Assembly (NCBI GenBank): GCA_004431415.1
Contig: QPMI01000214.1
Span: 62,001 to 126,000, forward strand
Direction: 5' to 3'
Source: Cyanophora paradoxa CCMP329
Lineage: Eukaryota; Plantae; Glaucophyta
Length of the DNA stretch: 64,000 nt
The stretch's first letter is position 1. Every line of letters starts with the position of its first letter. The position numbers and the translations under genes are program-made. Of the stretch, positions 11,181 to 23,158 are shown piece by piece. The notes under the pieces are model-generated. The model did no database searches and was not told where the DNA came from. It saw only the letters and a list, made by a program, of their open reading frames with translations.

Positions 11181-13946
11181 TCAACTGGTACCATCATTTT
11201 CAATGCCTGCACTGTGGCCCATGGACGTGACCACCAGAGGGCATGTGCTGGTGACGAGCCTGGGCGAGCAAGTGCATTGCAGGTGCAGCGACGTCAGCAG
11301 CCTCCTCTTCCGCTATCTTTAACGATCTTCAGAAGTCAAGCAGTTGGAGTAGTATGGATCGCCCTCACCTTTGCACGGATGAAAGGCTCTCGCGCAAAGA
11401 ACTCCCGCCCTGGTTCGCACTCTGGCCGCAGGCCATACATGGCCATGAAATTGCCAAGGATACCCTGGTTGAAGGGATTGTGATATGTGCCGTCGTCGTT
11501 GCGCAGATACCAGTAGCGCTGCCAATTAAATGCCTGTGGCACAAGCTCATGTACTCAATCCACAACAACAACAACTGTGCTTTCTCACCTCGTTGGTGGT
11601 CAGGTTTCGCGCAGCTTGCTGCCACTGGGCATATGTGAGGCTGAAAATGCCGAATCTGAAACACAGGCCCATGATTAGGTTTACTATATCTCTGCTGGGG
11701 GAAATGGACGGGCGCACAGCACGAGGGATGTGTAGAAAGTGCAAAAAGCTAACAGAGGCTGCTCTGCAATCGCGTGCTTGAGCCACTGACCCACCGAAAA
11801 TTGTTCTGGAAATCTCGGGTGTGCAGCAAGAGCTAAGATCGAAGGATGAGCAACACAGATGTGTCAGAAGGGGAGATAGTTGGGCGCACCAGAGCAAAAC
11901 AGGTATTCGACTAGAAATGCAGCCATGGTCTGTCCTCAAAAGTGAATGAAGCAGGGCTTGGAATGTTTGAATCGGGAGATCGGACCTGGAGAATGATGAA
12001 CGTGAAGAAGAGCTTGTGGTTGTCACGCCCAATGCACGTGTTCATCCTGAAAGAAAATGAGTGAACTCAGATTGTGCGGCGAATTTCGCGTTTACCAAAT
12101 ACAGTGATGGTCGAACCTGAGGAAAATCATGTGTCAATGATCAGTAACGAAAAGAGACCCGACGTACTCACTTGTGCACACATCTGTCGCACACACTACA
12201 ATGCTTAGAGCGAATCGGCTTCACAAGCTGCACAAAGAAGTCAGGTCGATAAGAGTTTGTCACGACCACTGCACGGTCACATTGCAAGTGTAGCACTTTG
12301 GTGGGGCAGTGATGGGCTCGCCAGTCTCCGGATCAGTAAGAGATTTGGACCACATCCCAGGCCCAGCAGTCTGATGGAGATCAGCTAGAACCACGTTTGA
12401 CATTTAAAAAATATTCAAGAAGACCTGGGATGGATCGTTCGAAGTCACTGTGCCCGGATCTGCACGGCATGCCTTCCAGTAGAAGAAGTACATGGCACAG
12501 AGAACAGCCAGAAATGACATATGGGTCCAGCTCATGTAGGACGTGACTGCAGCACTCTCAGATGATCGAGAATCGATCGAGCAACTTACGGACGAAGACC
12601 TGGCAAGACTCTCATAAAGTAGACCAGGACGTCCAGGCCGGAAAAGAAAAGGAAGAGCCCGGCAAAGAATCGTGTCTTCTTCTCGGGATCCGGAATGTAC
12701 TTCTGAAAAACAGCTTTCTTGCGTTGAGACCTCTGCTCGATGTCAGACACACATACCAATGAACAATGTGCAATATTTTCTCAAACCAGATAAATTGCCA
12801 GCTGTTCATGGCCTGCTTCGTGGGCAATATCTTCCGCAAGCTTCCCCGACGAATTCTTCAGTGTCAAGTCAGCACCTTCTGATGCCAGGACCACGGCAGC
12901 ATGGAAATGCCCCTTGGAGGCTGAAGCAGCAATAAGTGCTATGAAGAAATCAGAGAGGCTTCAGGCAGACCAGTGTAGTGAATCGGTGCCCCCCCTGTGT
13001 CATCCAGCTTGTTCTTCTCCACCTTTCGGGCTAACAGCCACTGGACTACGCGTCCGTGGCCCATGTACGCTGCCCAGTGCCTAGCAAAATCTGTCAGCGC
13101 ACATCGCAACTGAGCAAGCTCCTACATACAAGGCAGTGTGGCCCTCGCGGTCGGTTGTTTCGAGGTTTGTGCCCTGCTCGAACAGATAAATGGCAATCTT
13201 GGTCTCTCCGTATTGAACGGCGTGCTGCAAGTTCATGAGCAACAGCGAGGCACATTCACTCGGAATTCCATCTCGCGCACTGTCAGAGCTATGTAGCCAC
13301 GGTTGTCGACCTTGTGCACATCGGCGCCAGCTTCGACGAGGAGCTACGAGTGCGATGAGCAAGCCGAAGCCCGTCAGTAGGAAAAACGCCTTGCGAACCC
13401 GTACGCAACCAATGTGCCCTTTGATGCAAGCCCAGTGCCTGTGCAGCCGGTCTCATTTTCAGGGCCATGGAATCTGGGAAGTGCAAGTGCGCCGGGGCCC
13501 TGCACTCACAACGGCGTCTGGCCTTCGGCGTCCTCTGATCGGGGGTCGACCTCGGCTCCATTCTCGATCAAGAACTTAGCCAATTCGACGTGGTCGTTGA
13601 GGCAGGCCCAGTGCAGGGCAGTGTGGCCAGACGCGTCGCGGCCTCGAATGTCTGCTCCTCCCGCAAGCAAGTCCTTCACGCGCTGGAACTCGCCGTACCC
13701 GCTCGCATGCCACAGATCCATCTCCTCAGGTTCCGGCTTCTCCTCGTCACCGCTTTCCTCTTCATCCTTCTCGTCTGCCTTCCCAGCGGCCTCTTGCGCA
13801 GCTCTGGCTCGAGCAGCCGCGGCCAGCGCCTGCTGCTGCTGTAGCGCTGCGTCGCGCGCCGCCTCTTCCGAGAACACAGACAGCATCGCCGCTGCCGCCG
13901 CCGGGTCCGCGGGGCCTCCAGCTGGGCCCGCTTCCGCTCCCTGCAT
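11181..13946 (-). CDS. Ankyrin-repeat DHHC palmitoyltransferase (Akr1/TIP1/ZDHHC17-like)
   Basis: Ankyrin repeats (GHTALHWACLNDHVELAKFLIENGA, GQTPL). Spliced [37 protein letters not shown] and NPFNQG C-terminal motifs. Stop at 11181-11183. Confidence 0.9.
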
Positions 13947-14179
13947 GGTCTAACAGAAGCGCTGCGGCTGGAGACGATGCGGAGAAGTTAGTTGGCTGCG
14001 GTGGGCGATAAGAAGGCTCATGTAGCAGCTGCGCAGGAGGAGATGACGCGCCCCAGTTCGTATTGTTTTTAGAGAGGGGTACTGGGGGCCCATCCCTCCA
14101 GCAATCTGGCTTGCCAGGCCCTGCGTGGCATATGGGGAGTAATGCGCCTCTCCGATGACCATAGCGGTTGGGTGCAGTA

Positions 14180-14402
14180 CACGCATTTGGACACGTACTG
14201 AAAACGCAGGTCCGGGCTACAAGTGTGGGAATGTACACTGCGGCCGCCGCGGCCGCGGGCCCAGCCCACCAGCGAACTGGCCGGCTGGCCGGGCCCTGCG
14301 TGGCCCCCTAAGGAGAGTAATGCGCCTCCCCGCGGACACTCTGGCTAGCTAGAGCTACAGGTGCCCGCATGCACGGCGTGCCACGGTGATGCTGCATCGC
14401 GT
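14180..14402 (-). repeat. ~220-bp intergenic repeat, inverted partner of 10525-10718
   Basis: See 10525-10718. There is also a local partial direct duplicate at about 14116-14150 (GGCCCTGCGTGGC...GAGTAATGCGCCTC). Confidence 0.85.
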
Positions 14403-14573
14403 CTTGTGGCGGAGGGGGGTCGTCTCGGGGCGGTGGTGGGAGCCCCTAGTACCCCTACGGGCCCTGGGGGGCCCGACATGGAGTCAGCCTGCGCCGGGGG
14501 GCGAAAAAGGGGGTCAGATCGTAATCGAAAGGTCTTGAGATCCAAATCAAAGCAAACGGGGGCGCACTATGAG

Positions 14574-16016
14574 TCATGTTTGAGCTTTACGCTTTTTCCC
14601 TGCAGACGGTTTGAGCAGCTTATCGGCATCAGCTCCAGCATCTACACCCTTCCCCAACCTCGCCTCAGCAGCGACTCCTGCCACAAGACATGTGATCCTC
14701 TGCTTGGTTGTAGTGGACTTGACAGTCGATAGTGTGTCTAATGCCGAAAGCTTCACCTCGCCATCCGAGGAGCCTGAAACAACCAGGGCACCACCGGGAA
14801 GGCTGCTGTCATGCACGACAGCAAGACCCCTGATTCTGGGCAATTATCAGATTCAAATGCTCCGGTAAAGCACGCAATACGGAAGCGCCTATTTTGATGC
14901 GGCTCTGGTGACGAGAGCTCCATCGTGCCAGTTTTGAGAGACCACTTGCACACAACCTTTTCCTCACCTCCGCAAACAACAAAGTCGTCCTGATGCACAG
15001 CTCAATCTTAAGACAGGAGAAAGCATCAGACATACAACACTTACATCAACAAACGAAAAGCAGTTTATCCGCTTGTTGTGTTTGAAGACGGAAACGACGG
15101 AGTTGTCCTAATTGTTGAATGAGCTCAACGCAGGAACATCTTTGAAGCCGCAACACAAAACCGCGGACCTTTGCGCTCCGGATGGTCACATCTGTCCCCT
15201 GCAGAATCGCGTACCTGTCTCCCGAAGGAGACCATTTCAGTTGTTCGACTTCTGTCGTCATGTTAACACCAACCTCACGCTCAAAAGTAGTGACAGCGAG
15301 GGCGAACCAGCCTGCACATCTTGAGAGTATGCACTTTTTCCCTTGATTAAATCCCAAAGTTTTACAGTCTTGTCTTTCGATGCAGAAAGTGCAAGTTTAC
15401 CAGAACTGTGCACTGCCAGACTGTTCACTGGACCCCTGCAGCATCAAGTGAGAGTCCCTTCAAGATAAATGCATGAGATGATTCGGGATTTATCGAAATC
15501 AAGACGCATGCACTTGTGCCCCTTCAGAGAGTGGAGGGATTCCCAGCCAGAAGTCGACCAGACACAGATCGACTTATCCTCGCTGCCACTGAGCAGGTGA
15601 TGACGGCTAGCAAATTCGAGGCAAGTAACGGGAGCTGCGTGTGCGATTCAATCAAGGCTACAACAATATGTCGATTTATCGCAGCCGCACCATTGTGCTG
15701 CATAAGCGTGCCGATTTCCCTCTTCTTGAGTATGTCGTAGATTCTGTTTCGGGCTGAGTTGCGCGTGCAGTACGTAGAACAAGCGAAAAGCGTACTTTAT
15801 CGACTCATCAGTGCTGCCCGATACAAGCAGCTTGCCGCGCATCGCGAGGGCCTTGATGCAGCCGCCATGCGGCGCGTACGCGAAGGTCTGCAAGCCGAGC
15901 GTCACGATACGAGGGTGCAGCGCCCTGTAGACACCTCGCACTTGTCGAATGCCGTCCTCGGCGTCGTAGCGCAGCCCGAAAAGCAGCCTGTCGTAGGTTC
16001 CACCGACGATCTCCAT
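14574..16016 (-). CDS. PAK1IP1: WD40 protein, PAK1IP1/Mak11-like 60S biogenesis factor
   Basis: MEIVGGTYDRLLFG, FAYAPHGGCIKALAMRGKLLVSGSTDESIK|IYD and VSGSSDGEVKL, plus a basic C-terminus KKRKAQT*. Confidence 0.8.
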
Positions 16017-16373
16017 CGCGCGCGCCTTCCTCGCGACCGATCTTGCGCCCAAAGTATTCGGGGATCTCTCTAGCTAGCGACGCTCTCGATGTACGCGGCG
16101 CCGCCGATATCGATCCGCACTAAAGCGCGCCGCTCGGCGTGCTGCCGAAACTCCGCTAGCGAGCTGCCCAGGCGATAGTGCACTGGATCGCTTCGGAGGC
16201 CGACCGCAACCGACTGTTAGCGTACCCTCTGCATCAACTACCGGGTTACCACCCCGTTACCACCAGCCCACAGTCCCAGTAGCGGCGCGCGTATTAAAAG
16301 CGGATAGTCTCTTTGGCATCTCTCCGGCCTGCGCAACAAGACCGATCATCCGCTCGGGTCCCTTACGGCGGAG

Positions 16374-18665
16374 ATGACCAAAGCGAAGTCGTCCAGACTG
16401 GGCGCCGCCAAGCCGGCACCACCGCCTCCTGCGCCGGCCCCCGTGCAGGAACAAGTGTACAACCCGCCCCCGGAGCTGGAAATTCCCGGCGATTTGAAGG
16501 GTAAAGCGAAAGACACGCGCAAGAGCGAGAAGAAGACGCCAAGCGGCAAGGCGAAGCAGCAAGACAAGCGAGTCAGGGCTTTCGGAGCGCCCGGAGATGC
16601 CTCGTTGCCTCTCGCTGGTGGAGTTCCCGCGGACAGCGCGGCGCTCGAGACGCCGGCGGCCAAGGGCGGGAGACAGCGCAAGGTGGGCGCATGCATTTGA
16701 TGCGTTGACCGCGACCGTTGATTGCGCGGGCCAGCTCACGTACCAGGACGAGATCAAGAAGATGATGTTCACTTTCGGCGACGCGCGCCAGACTGATCCT
16801 GCCGCGAGCGAACTCGTTGAGGATACTGTCCGCAACCACATCGTCGACCTCGTGAGCGCGTGGATCGGTTACTCTGCGGGCACTCTCTGATCGGGCGGCC
16901 AAACAGGCCGTGCGAGCTGCGGAACTCGTGCGCGAGAAAGGGCACTCGTCACGGGCGAGCCAGGGGGGAACGCGCATCACCGTGGAGGAAATCCTATTCC
17001 TCATCCGCAACGATATCAACACGCTCCGGCGCGTGCAGGAGTACCTCGCGTGGAAGGACGTCCGCAAGCGGGTGTGCGACTCGATGCTGCGTGCTGTGTG
17101 CGCCGCTGAATGGAGCCCACCTGGCGGCAGCTGCAGAAAGCGAGCGAGAAAGCCGAGGCGGCCGACGCAGGGGGAGACGAGGAGGAGGAGGAGGACGTAG
17201 GTCCGGGCCCCTGCCCTTTTCATCGAGGTCGCGCGCTCATGCGTCGTGCAGAGGAGGTCGCGGGGGAGCTTGCTGAGGGAGCCGTTGGCGCGGGCGATCC
17301 TGCGGCCGACGCGCTCGCCGGTGGACCTGAGACGCTGTCGGGCGCCGCAAGCGCCGGGCAGCCATCGGGCTCGGGCACACCGCAAGCCAGCACCCCGATC
17401 ACAAGGCCTGCGCGGATTCGTGAGCCCATGCACCCGCGCGACAAGCAGCAAATGGCGCGCTATTTGTTTTTCATCCGGGGCGCATTGCAGCGCACGTTGC
17501 TGAGCGAGTGTGCAGAAGTGGGACTTGCCCAGAGTGCTCGCCGCAGAGGCAGGCGTAGAGCTGCATGCTGTGACCGGCTTGGCGGACGGGCACGGGGCGT
17601 CAAGCGCGACGGTGGGGGCAGCACAGCACGCCGCCGGGCTCGAGTCCGAGCGGCTCCGCCGTCTGAAGGTGCGCGGGCACGACTCGTCTGGGCCCCCTCC
17701 CCCCCCCCCCCCCCCCCCCCCCTCTTTCCCCCCGGCGCGTCTAACGCCGTGGTGGCAGCTGGCGGACGAGCTGACGAGGCGGATGACGCGGGATGAGTAC
17801 GAGGACTACACCGAGTGTCGCCAGGCGCGCCAGCGGCCCCCCCACATCCTCTCCCTCCCCCCTCTTCCCCCTCCTCCCTGCGCAGCGGCGGCCGCTGACA
17901 GCCGGCAGCAGGCCTCCTTCTCGTACAAGAAGGCAAAGCGCTTCCGAGAGTGGGCCCGTTTCGTAGAGCACAACATACGGGTGCGGCGGGGCGGGGCGGG
18001 GCGGGGCGGGGCGGGGCGGGGGCGGATCGGAGCGGATCGGAGCGGAGCGCGACGGGGAGCGCGACGGGGCGAGGGCGCAGGTGGCGGACGATTTGATCGA
18101 CGTGCTGGGTTTCCTCGCCTGGGAGACCGTTGGCCGTATCACCGAGGCCGCCCTGCGCGCCCAACGCGACGCCGCCTCCAACCCCGCCCGCCCTCCCCCG
18201 GTCCACGCGCCCCCGGCACCGGAACCCGGCCCCGCCGAGCCCGCGCAAGCGCAGGTCTGGCCCCCGCCCCTCGGCCCTGCTCGCGTCCCTTCGACCATCT
18301 AGCTGAGCTGAAAGGGCCCATCGATACCACAGGAGGCTGCGGCGGGAGCTCAAGAAGCCCTGGCAGGCGAGGCGGCCGCGGCTGGCGATGCGACAGCTGC
18401 GGCGGAGGCGAAACCGGCAAGCGAGACTCCAGCAAAGCCGGAGGGCGACGCGGCGGCTGCGGGAGCAGGGGAGGAGGGCTCGTCGTCGGGGTCGAAGCGG
18501 AAGCGAGAGGATAGGGTGGGGGATGGGGCGGGCGCGGAGGAGGAAGAACTGCTGCTCTTCATGCCGCGGCACGACAACAAGAACCCGTTGCGGGAGGAGC
18601 ACGTCTCCGAGGCCCTGCGCCGCCTCGCATTCACCAAGCGCGCCCGCCTCTCCAATGCCCCCTGA
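16374..18665 (+). CDS. SPT3: SAGA subunit Spt3/SUPT3H (histone-fold)
   Basis: YQDEIKKMMFTFGD, ITVEEILFLIRND...YLAWKDVRK, ERLRRLKLADELTRRMTRDEYEDYTECRQ|ASFSYKKAKRFREW, DDLIDVLGFLAWETV and PLREEHVSEALRRL. Confidence 0.9.
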
Positions 18666-19016
18666 GCCCCGGCCCACCTTGCACAATCGACCACCTTGAT
18701 GCATGCGCGTGCGAGGCTGGTATATGTGCATAAGCGAATCGAAGTTGACTCAGAGACAAGCGCGCGCGTACTCGCACGAGCCAGTGCAGTACTAGTTCTG
18801 CGTACTAGTACTAGTACACGTGCTAGCGCTAGTATTAACTAGTAGCAGCAGAGTAGCGCGCAGCACTGCGCATACGGCATGCGCAGTGTACGTAGCAGCT
18901 GATCATGAGGCCTAGGAGCAGCTAAGGAGCTCTGTCGCGGGGTACAGCGCGGGCCCTGCAGCTGAGGCCTGGGCTGGCAGCGCTAGCTGCGCATCGTTCA
19001 GCAGGAGGAGGGCGGG

Positions 19017-19916
19017 ATGTGGGCATCCGCGCGCGGATGCTGGCGAGCAGCGCGGGCCGTGCTGCGAGACTCGGCAAGGCGGCACGCGTCCACGTCCAGC
19101 GGTTCGTCGGACGCTTCCGGCGCCGGCTATTCGCGCGAGGAAACGATGGCACGCCGCTCGCTGAAGGCGGTCGTCATCATGTCGCTCACCGCTGGCGCGT
19201 TCGTCGCCTCGCCGCAAATCGGTGCGCAGCGCAGCGCGTCTGGCCGTCTGTTCCGCCGACGGCTGGCCGCAGCCGCTGGCACAATCAACTCGGCTGTGCG
19301 ATTGTGCCTGCTGGCTGAGGAGCCGTTTCTTCAAAAGAGCGGTGCATCCCGCCTCTCCACCATCGCCTACTTCGGTGCCGGCCCTACGCCCCGCGCCCCG
19401 CGCCGGGCGGCTTACGGGCACGCAGACACGAACAAGACAAAGATCGTGGAGGAGGGCGGCCTGTTCGCTCTGGCGCGGCTTCTTGGTACGCACGACGACG
19501 ATGTGCAGCTCGCCGCCGCCGAGGTCCTCGTCACCCTTGCCGAGTACCGTGCGCGCCGCCCGCGCGCCTCCCCATGCCCCGCACCCACACCCCCTCAGCC
19601 GACTCCGGGCGCCTCATGGGCGAGTCGGAGGTGTTGCAGCCCCTCGTGAGCATCGCGGGCAGTCCAGGCCACGCCGCCCGCCCTGCCGCCGCTCGCGCAC
19701 TCGCCGCACTCGCTGCACACGGTCCGGCCCCGCTTCCCGACCCAGGTCCCCGTCCCGCCATGCCGAGGGAGCGGCTTTTGCGCAGAGACGAACCGGGAGC
19801 CGCTGCTCAAGGCCGGCGCCGCCGCCGCACTGCGAAAGGCGGCCGGTGAGGGCGATGTGGCCCTCCGCGCTGCGGCCGACCTGCTCGCGCCCCAGAGCCC
19901 GAAGGGAAAGCGATAG
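19017..19916 (+). CDS. Armadillo-repeat protein with mitochondrial-type presequence and one hydrophobic segment
   Basis: Arg/Ser/Ala-rich N-terminus. NKTKIVEEGGLFALARLL, GESEVLQPLVSIA and NREPLLKAGAAAAL are ARM-like. TAG at 19914-19916. Confidence 0.65.
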
Positions 19917-20033
19917 CGCAGTACAGGTACAAGTAGGGGGCTCCGTGGGAAAGATCACAAGTACAGGGGGCGGGCCCTGTTGGCCGCGGCTACATATGGT
20001 ACAGGGGAAAGCGCAGTCGGGGGCGCCGGGGCT

Positions 20034-21841
20034 TCAGTTGAAGGCCTGCGGGCGGGTGAGCGGTGGGGCCGGGGCGCCGCCGGGGGCTGTGCGCACGTCC
20101 TTGAGGGAGGCCTTCGCGGCGAGGAGCTTGCGGGCGCGGTCCAGGACCTCGCCCACGATGCGGAGGCGCAGCGGCAGGTCCCGCGTCTGCAGCAGGAACT
20201 GCCGGTCCTTAGGCGCCAGCTCCAGCACGGAGCAGAGGACGAGGGAGAGCGTCGAGGCCCGCTCGAATGCCGGCATCCCCGCCGCCTCGGGGGCCTCCGG
20301 GAGCCAGCGGCTGATATGGCTTGGGAGCTCCGCCCCCTGCCGGCCTTGCGTTCAGGCTTCGCGCGTCGATTAGCACTACGGACAAGGAACCAACCTGTCC
20401 GCTTATCTTGTCAGAAAGCCGCAAAAGATCAGTGAGAATCTCCACGGCATTTTTCTGTAAGCTCCAAGTCAGAAAGGACTGACTATGAAAGGGGCCGTAC
20501 GACTAACCTCAAGGTTGGCGACAACAACCTCCTCCTCAGGGCCGGCGGCCGGCAGGTCCTCGATATACCTGCCGGTGCGAGGTCAAGATCAGGTTGGATA
20601 ATGCCGCCGCCACCGCATGTACTTGACACGGCACTTCAGGAAGGGAGCCTGCTGCACCACGTCCACCACCTGCAGCCGCCGCGCTCGTCGGTGGCCGCAC
20701 GGTCTCGGCGCGTCCGAATGCATTCCGCCCACCTGAAACCGCCGGCGCGGCTCTGAGTCGAACAGTATCCGACCATCCGGCAGCCGCTGGTGCTCCGTGA
20801 TCTCGCACGACACTCCGACGCTCGCCACCAGCCCATTCGTCGGGTCGAACCACACGCATCCATACAAGTGCGGCTCTTCCGCCAGCACCTGCACCCCGGC
20901 GCTGGCACGCAGCGCAAAGGTGGCGGAGGCAGGGGAGGGGGTAGCGGGGAAGAGAGGAGCGGGCAAGGAGGAGGGACGGGGGAGGGGGAAGCGGGAGAGG
21001 GGAGGGGAGGCGAAGGGGGGGGGGGTGAGGAAGGGAGGGGCGGGGGGGGGGGGGGGGGGGGGGGGAGCAGGAGAAAGGACGCGGGCGGGGGGGCGGGGGG
21101 GGGAGGGGGGGGGGAAGGGGGGGATGGGGACGGAGGGGGGACAGGATGCGGCTCGACCCCACCTCGTTGTACATTGTCCGGAAGCGCTCTTCGAAGATGT
21201 GAAGCTGAACGCGGTCCTCTGGGAGCGGGTACACGACTCGCGAGGACATGGCCCAAAGAGAGAGTTCTAGCCGACATCAGCTGAAAACTACGAGCGATAG
21301 CGACACCGCGTCACACCGAAAACGTCGGCGTCTACGGTCGGCGCCTTCTTCTGAAGGAATTCAAGGCCGAGCATCTCCGGCTCGCCCTCCTCCAGTTCCG
21401 GGTGCGTGAAAGTCGGCTTATCAGACTTCTCCTTCGCGCGCGGTACGGTAAGCGGCGCGGCGTGCAGCTGCGAATGATTACAGGACCGACCTCGTCGTCC
21501 CGGGGGTTCTGCGGTTCGCTGCGTGCGCTTCAGGTCAGTAAGATGTATGAGCACCGATCTGCCGCTGACTGCACAAGCGCGGCGGCGTCGGGAGGACCGC
21601 ACGAGGTGGCACGAGGAGCGCACGCTCCGAATGCGCACGCTCCGGTGAAGTACCTCCTGAACTGTCGAGAAGGGACGGCCGCGTACGCAAACGACCTCGA
21701 CGACGGGTGTAATCTGGTGCCGAACGGCCGCGGCTGAAACATAAGTCGTGCTGCGGTCGCCGGTGCAATTGGCGCTTTGGAAGAAGGTGTACGTGCTAGC
21801 GCCGTCAGACAGAAGGCGGGATGCATCGTAGGGCTGGCCAT
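20034..21841 (-). CDS. Stand-alone Lon N-terminal (substrate-binding) domain protein, cyanobacterial/plant type, with putative plastid transit peptide
   Basis: LHIFEERFRTMYNE, VASVGVSCEITEHQRLPDGR, RQFLLQTRDLPLRL and LAAKASLKD|AFN*. Leader begins MASPTMHPAF. Confidence 0.8.
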
Positions 21842-22077
21842 TGTTGCAGAACCGCCGACCAGTCGCCAGATTCCGTACCCCCTAGTAGGGGCCCCTACAG
21901 CTACAGCTAACAGCTGCGCGTGCAGCTAGCCTATATATAGTAGCTATATATCATATTATATGGCATGGCATGATTGGAGCTCGAGTAGAGTAAATAGAGA
22001 GTCTGGATCCCGCCCGCGGCATGCATATGGCGCCGGCGCCGGCGGCCCCCTATATAGCTATATATATATCATACCAG

Positions 22078-22134
22078 CTGGTGACGAGAGCTCCATCGTG
22101 CCAGTTTTGAGAGACCACTTGCACACAACCTTTT
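22078..22134 (+). repeat. 57-bp exact copy of a WD40 (PAK1IP1) exon fragment in intergenic DNA
   Basis: Identical to 14905-14961, same orientation. Confidence 0.95.
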
Positions 22135-22311
22135 GCCCATCATTGTAGCCAGACGTTATGCCCCATCATTGTAACCAGACGCAGGTCACAAATGCAGCAA
22201 GCTAGCCGCTGACATATGCATAAATCACGTGTCTACCTCATCACGCACATTAGAGCCTCCGCCTAATCCATTGAAGACCTGGCACAGAAGAAACGTAATC
22301 GTAACCTACTC

Positions 22312-22891
22312 CTAACGTTTGGAAAGCAGCTTGATGAAGGCCTGCGGGCGGGAGCAGCTCATGCAAAGCTATGCGAAAAGGGCGGGCAGACTTGCAGACC
22401 TGCTTGATATCGTCGGGCCTGTGCTGGAGGATGTCGCGGATGAACTCCTCGAAGAACTGATGCAGGCGGTGATGCGACATGTACTCCTCGAACCCCTCCA
22501 TCACGTCGTTCTCCTCGTCCCGGACGACGGCCTTCATATTCCCCCCGGCCGTGAGAAACTCCGTGAGAAATATGACCGGGTTCACTTCGCGGCGTCATTC
22601 AGTTCGCGCGGCGAATCAGAGCAGCGAGGTTCGCACCAGGCCTCCTTAGCACAAGCTCGGATGTTATTGCCGCCAGGAGCTCCTGGGCCCCCTGCAGCGG
22701 GTGTTAGCTAAGCCGTCACAAGCTAAGCGACGAGCGACGCGACCTTGTTCGCAAGGTATTCTGCGAGAGCGGTCCGTCAGGTTCGCCTCAAACAAAGCGC
22801 TGCGCTGCGTACCTTGTGCACTGTACTGTGCCGCCGTGCTGTACTCTCTGGACGTAGCCGCGTGCTTGGCAGCCACGAAAGACAGAGACAT
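22312..22891 (-). CDS. Small protein with two RIIa/Dpy-30-like dimerization/docking domains
   Basis: Spliced EYLANK|GAQELLAAITSELVLRRPVNPVIFLTEFL and EEYMSHHRLHQFFEEFIRDILQHRPDDIKQ|AFIKLLSKR*. Confidence 0.7.
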
Positions 22892-23158
22892 GGCTGGGGC
22901 GCTAGCCTCCCTGCGATCCGCGATTGCACTCCAAGGCGAATCAAGCTCTTGCGGTCGCGGCTGTTTCTAGCGGGGTTGCAATGCTGCCGTTTCTCAAAAC
23001 CTGCTCCAGGCGATTACCACCGCTCTCTGGCCAGACTGTGGGCTTGGGGCAAGCGCTTGCCTTGTTTTGGAACTTTTGGCTCTTCGAGGGGTACAATACA
23101 GGCCGGTCCCCCCAATCTCGCAGAGGCTTCGCCGTGGAGGACACGACCAGAAAGGAAG

